Positions 62,320 through 64,000 of a stretch of DNA of 64,000 nucleotides are shown here, in pieces. The translations under genes and the position numbers were made by a program. The notes beneath the pieces were generated by a model, which did not search any database, was not told the origin of the DNA, and worked only from the letters and a program-made list of their open reading frames with translations. Position 1 is the first letter of the stretch. Every line of letters begins with the position of its first letter. Origin of the DNA: Verrucomicrobiales bacterium (GTDB lineage: Bacteria > Verrucomicrobiota > Verrucomicrobiia > Verrucomicrobiales > V1-33); assembly GCA_031411295.1 (NCBI GenBank), contig JANOAV010000057.1, positions 1 to 64,000 of the forward strand, read 5' to 3'.

Positions 62320-63431
62320 GCGTGACGGAAATAGCGATCCACGGCCCCGATGATCCTCTGGACATGTTCTTCCGTGAGCCACCAACCCACAGGAATACAG
62401 ACTTGATGGGCGGAAAATTGATCCACTCCCGGTAGATCCGTGCGGAAATCCCAGAACACCGTGTGCCCGTCATTTCTCGCATGAACTTGCGAAGTCATGA
62501 TGTCCTGCTCGGTCATGTAACGCACGAAATCCGCCCGATCTGGAACTAAAAAGGTAAACAACCAATGCGCAGACTCCCGATCCTTCTGGTAATCTAACAA
62601 GGTCAACCCTTTCGATGCCAAGGGCGCGAAGGCCTCGCGATAGCTGGCCGCGTGGCGCTGATGGGCACCCACGATTCTGGCAGCATGGTCTAACTGGGCG
62701 ATGCCGATAGTGGCAGCCACATCGTTCATATGAAATTTGTAGCCATATTCCACCACGTCTTCCTCACAGCGGAAATCCTTGCGGGGAACGTCCCGGTCGA
62801 TCCCATACCAGCGCAGTAATTTTCCTCGACGATAGGTGGAGGCATCACGGCAAATCAAGGCCCCTCCATCAACCGTCGTAATATGCTTGATCGCTTGGAA
62901 GGAAAAGGTGGTGAAGTCTGGAATCGCCCCCAAATATCGTCCCTGATACTTCGCCCCGAAAGCATGCGCCGCATCTTCAATCAGGGCCAGGCCATGCGCA
63001 TCTGCTACCGCCCGCAATTCATTGAGATCGCAGGGATACCCGCCCCAATCCACACACACAATCGCCTTGGTCTTGGCGGTAACTTTTTGCGCCACGCTCT
63101 GGGCGCAGATGTTCCCGGTCAGGGGATTGATGTCGGCCCATACGATACGCGCGCCCATGGCCATGATGGGCACGTTGGTGGCCATGCAGGTCATGGGGGT
63201 GGAGATCACTTCATCTCCAGGTTCAACGCCGGCCAGGCGCAGCGCCAACTGCAGGGCGGAGGTGCCGGAATTTAACGACAGCACGTAGGGCGATGAGACC
63301 CATTGTTGCAGCTTAAGCTCAAAGGCTTCCACCTGCGGCCCCTGGCCAATGAAGCCGCAGCCCAAAACGTTAGCGCTTTGCGCGATCGCTTCAGGAGACA
63401 TGAAAACACTAAACAATGGAATGACGGACAC
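62316..63431 (-). CDS. DegT/DnrJ/EryC1/StrS sugar aminotransferase
   Basis: NSGTSAL, IEDAAHAFG, FSFQAIKHITTVDGG. Confidence 0.93.
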   Translation of the reverse strand: MSVIPLFSVFMSPEAIAQSANVLGCGFIGQGPQVEAFELKLQQWVSSPYVLSLNSGTSALQLALRLAGVEPGDEVISTPMTCMATNVPIMAMGARIVWADINPLTGNICAQSVAQKVTAKTKAIVCVDWGGYPCDLNELRAVADAHGLALIEDAAHAFGAKYQGRYLGAIPDFTTFSFQAIKHITTVDGGALICRDASTYRRGKLLRWYGIDRDVPRKDFRCEEDVVEYGYKFHMNDVAATIGIAQLDHAARIVGAHQRHAASYREAFAPLASKGLTLLDYQKDRESAHWLFTFLVPDRADFVRYMTEQDIMTSQVHARNDGHTVFWDFRTDLPGVDQFSAHQVCIPVGWWLTEEHVQRIIGAVDRYFRHA

Positions 63432-63615
63432 AGATACAGATGGTGGAGGTTGAAGCCTGGGTAATAACGGGACTGGGTTTTGGCATGCGGAGTGCCTGCG
63501 GGAACTCGATCAATGAACCGGGAGCCCGCCCTGCAGCCAGCCTATTGTTGCCAGATCATCCGTAGTCAAGGATCGCAAAGTAACAAATGACGAAAATCCC
63601 CGTTTTTTCGAGCGG

Positions 63616-64000
63616 CTAGGGATCTTTTCCCGACTGCTCGTGTTCGTAGAGGCGGCTGTAGCGGATGAAGGTTTGATACGCGGTGCTGATGGCGATCCAG
63701 AATCCTGCGAATCCATCGAGAAAGCCGCGGCGGAAAAAATAGGCCCGCACGAAGCGCCACCAGGGACGGAACAGCGTGGCCAGCAGGCTCCAGCGTTTCC
63801 CTTCACTTTGCTGCCGACCCAGGTAAGCATCGCTAAACACGTTAATTTTTTCGATGTAGCGATTTATGTTAGGAAAAGAAAAGTGATGCAGATCGGATTT
63901 CATTTCCAGAACGCGCGATCCATTGGGGAGTTCCATTTTATCATGCTCTGGACTTCCTCCCCACTTGGCTCCCTCGCGTCTCACCAAACGGAGCTTTCGG
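63616..64000 (-). CDS. GT2 glycosyltransferase, C-terminal part (runs off the window)
   Basis: LHHFSF, WRFVRAYFFRRGFLDGFAGFWIA typical of WaaE/KdtX-like GT2 C-termini. Confidence 0.85.
   Translation of the reverse strand, partial: RKLRLVRREGAKWGGSPEHDKMELPNGSRVLEMKSDLHHFSFPNINRYIEKINVFSDAYLGRQQSEGKRWSLLATLFRPWWRFVRAYFFRRGFLDGFAGFWIAISTAYQTFIRYSRLYEHEQSGKDP

Overview
Bacterial chromosomal window, GC-rich, most likely Verrucomicrobiota. That call rests on an ECF-sigma/Ser-Thr kinase pair, PQQ-type propellers, a BatA/vWA protein and a lamin-tail/CotH secreted protein; taxonomy is inferred, not tested. It carries housekeeping genes (metH, thiD, cyclophilin, leuB, 5-FTHF cyclo-ligase, heptose kinase, gatB, UDP-glucuronate decarboxylase, L,D-transpeptidase), large secreted proteins, an MglA/MglB-type GTPase module and the end of a polysaccharide cluster. 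Four things stand out. (1) metH is about 1900 aa because two cassettes are inserted in frame at domain boundaries: a zeta-toxin-like P-loop kinase with a small out-of-frame ORF overprinted on it, and an intact-looking REP-associated tyrosine transposase (RAYT) flanked by two translated REP doublets. (2) An ECF sigma and Ser/Thr kinase are followed by a stand-alone C39-like peptidase and a protein ending in Gly-Gly-Gly plus a Ser-rich tail, next to a glycosyltransferase and UDP-xylose synthase; this is a candidate glycopeptide or processed-protein system. (3) A paired STAND-like ATPase / ATPase-wHTH-TPR module sits under a four-copy operator-like array. (4) A structured intergenic region with a promoter is a candidate ncRNA. 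No rRNA, tRNA or CRISPR array was seen. All family calls come from motif recognition by eye; no searches were run.
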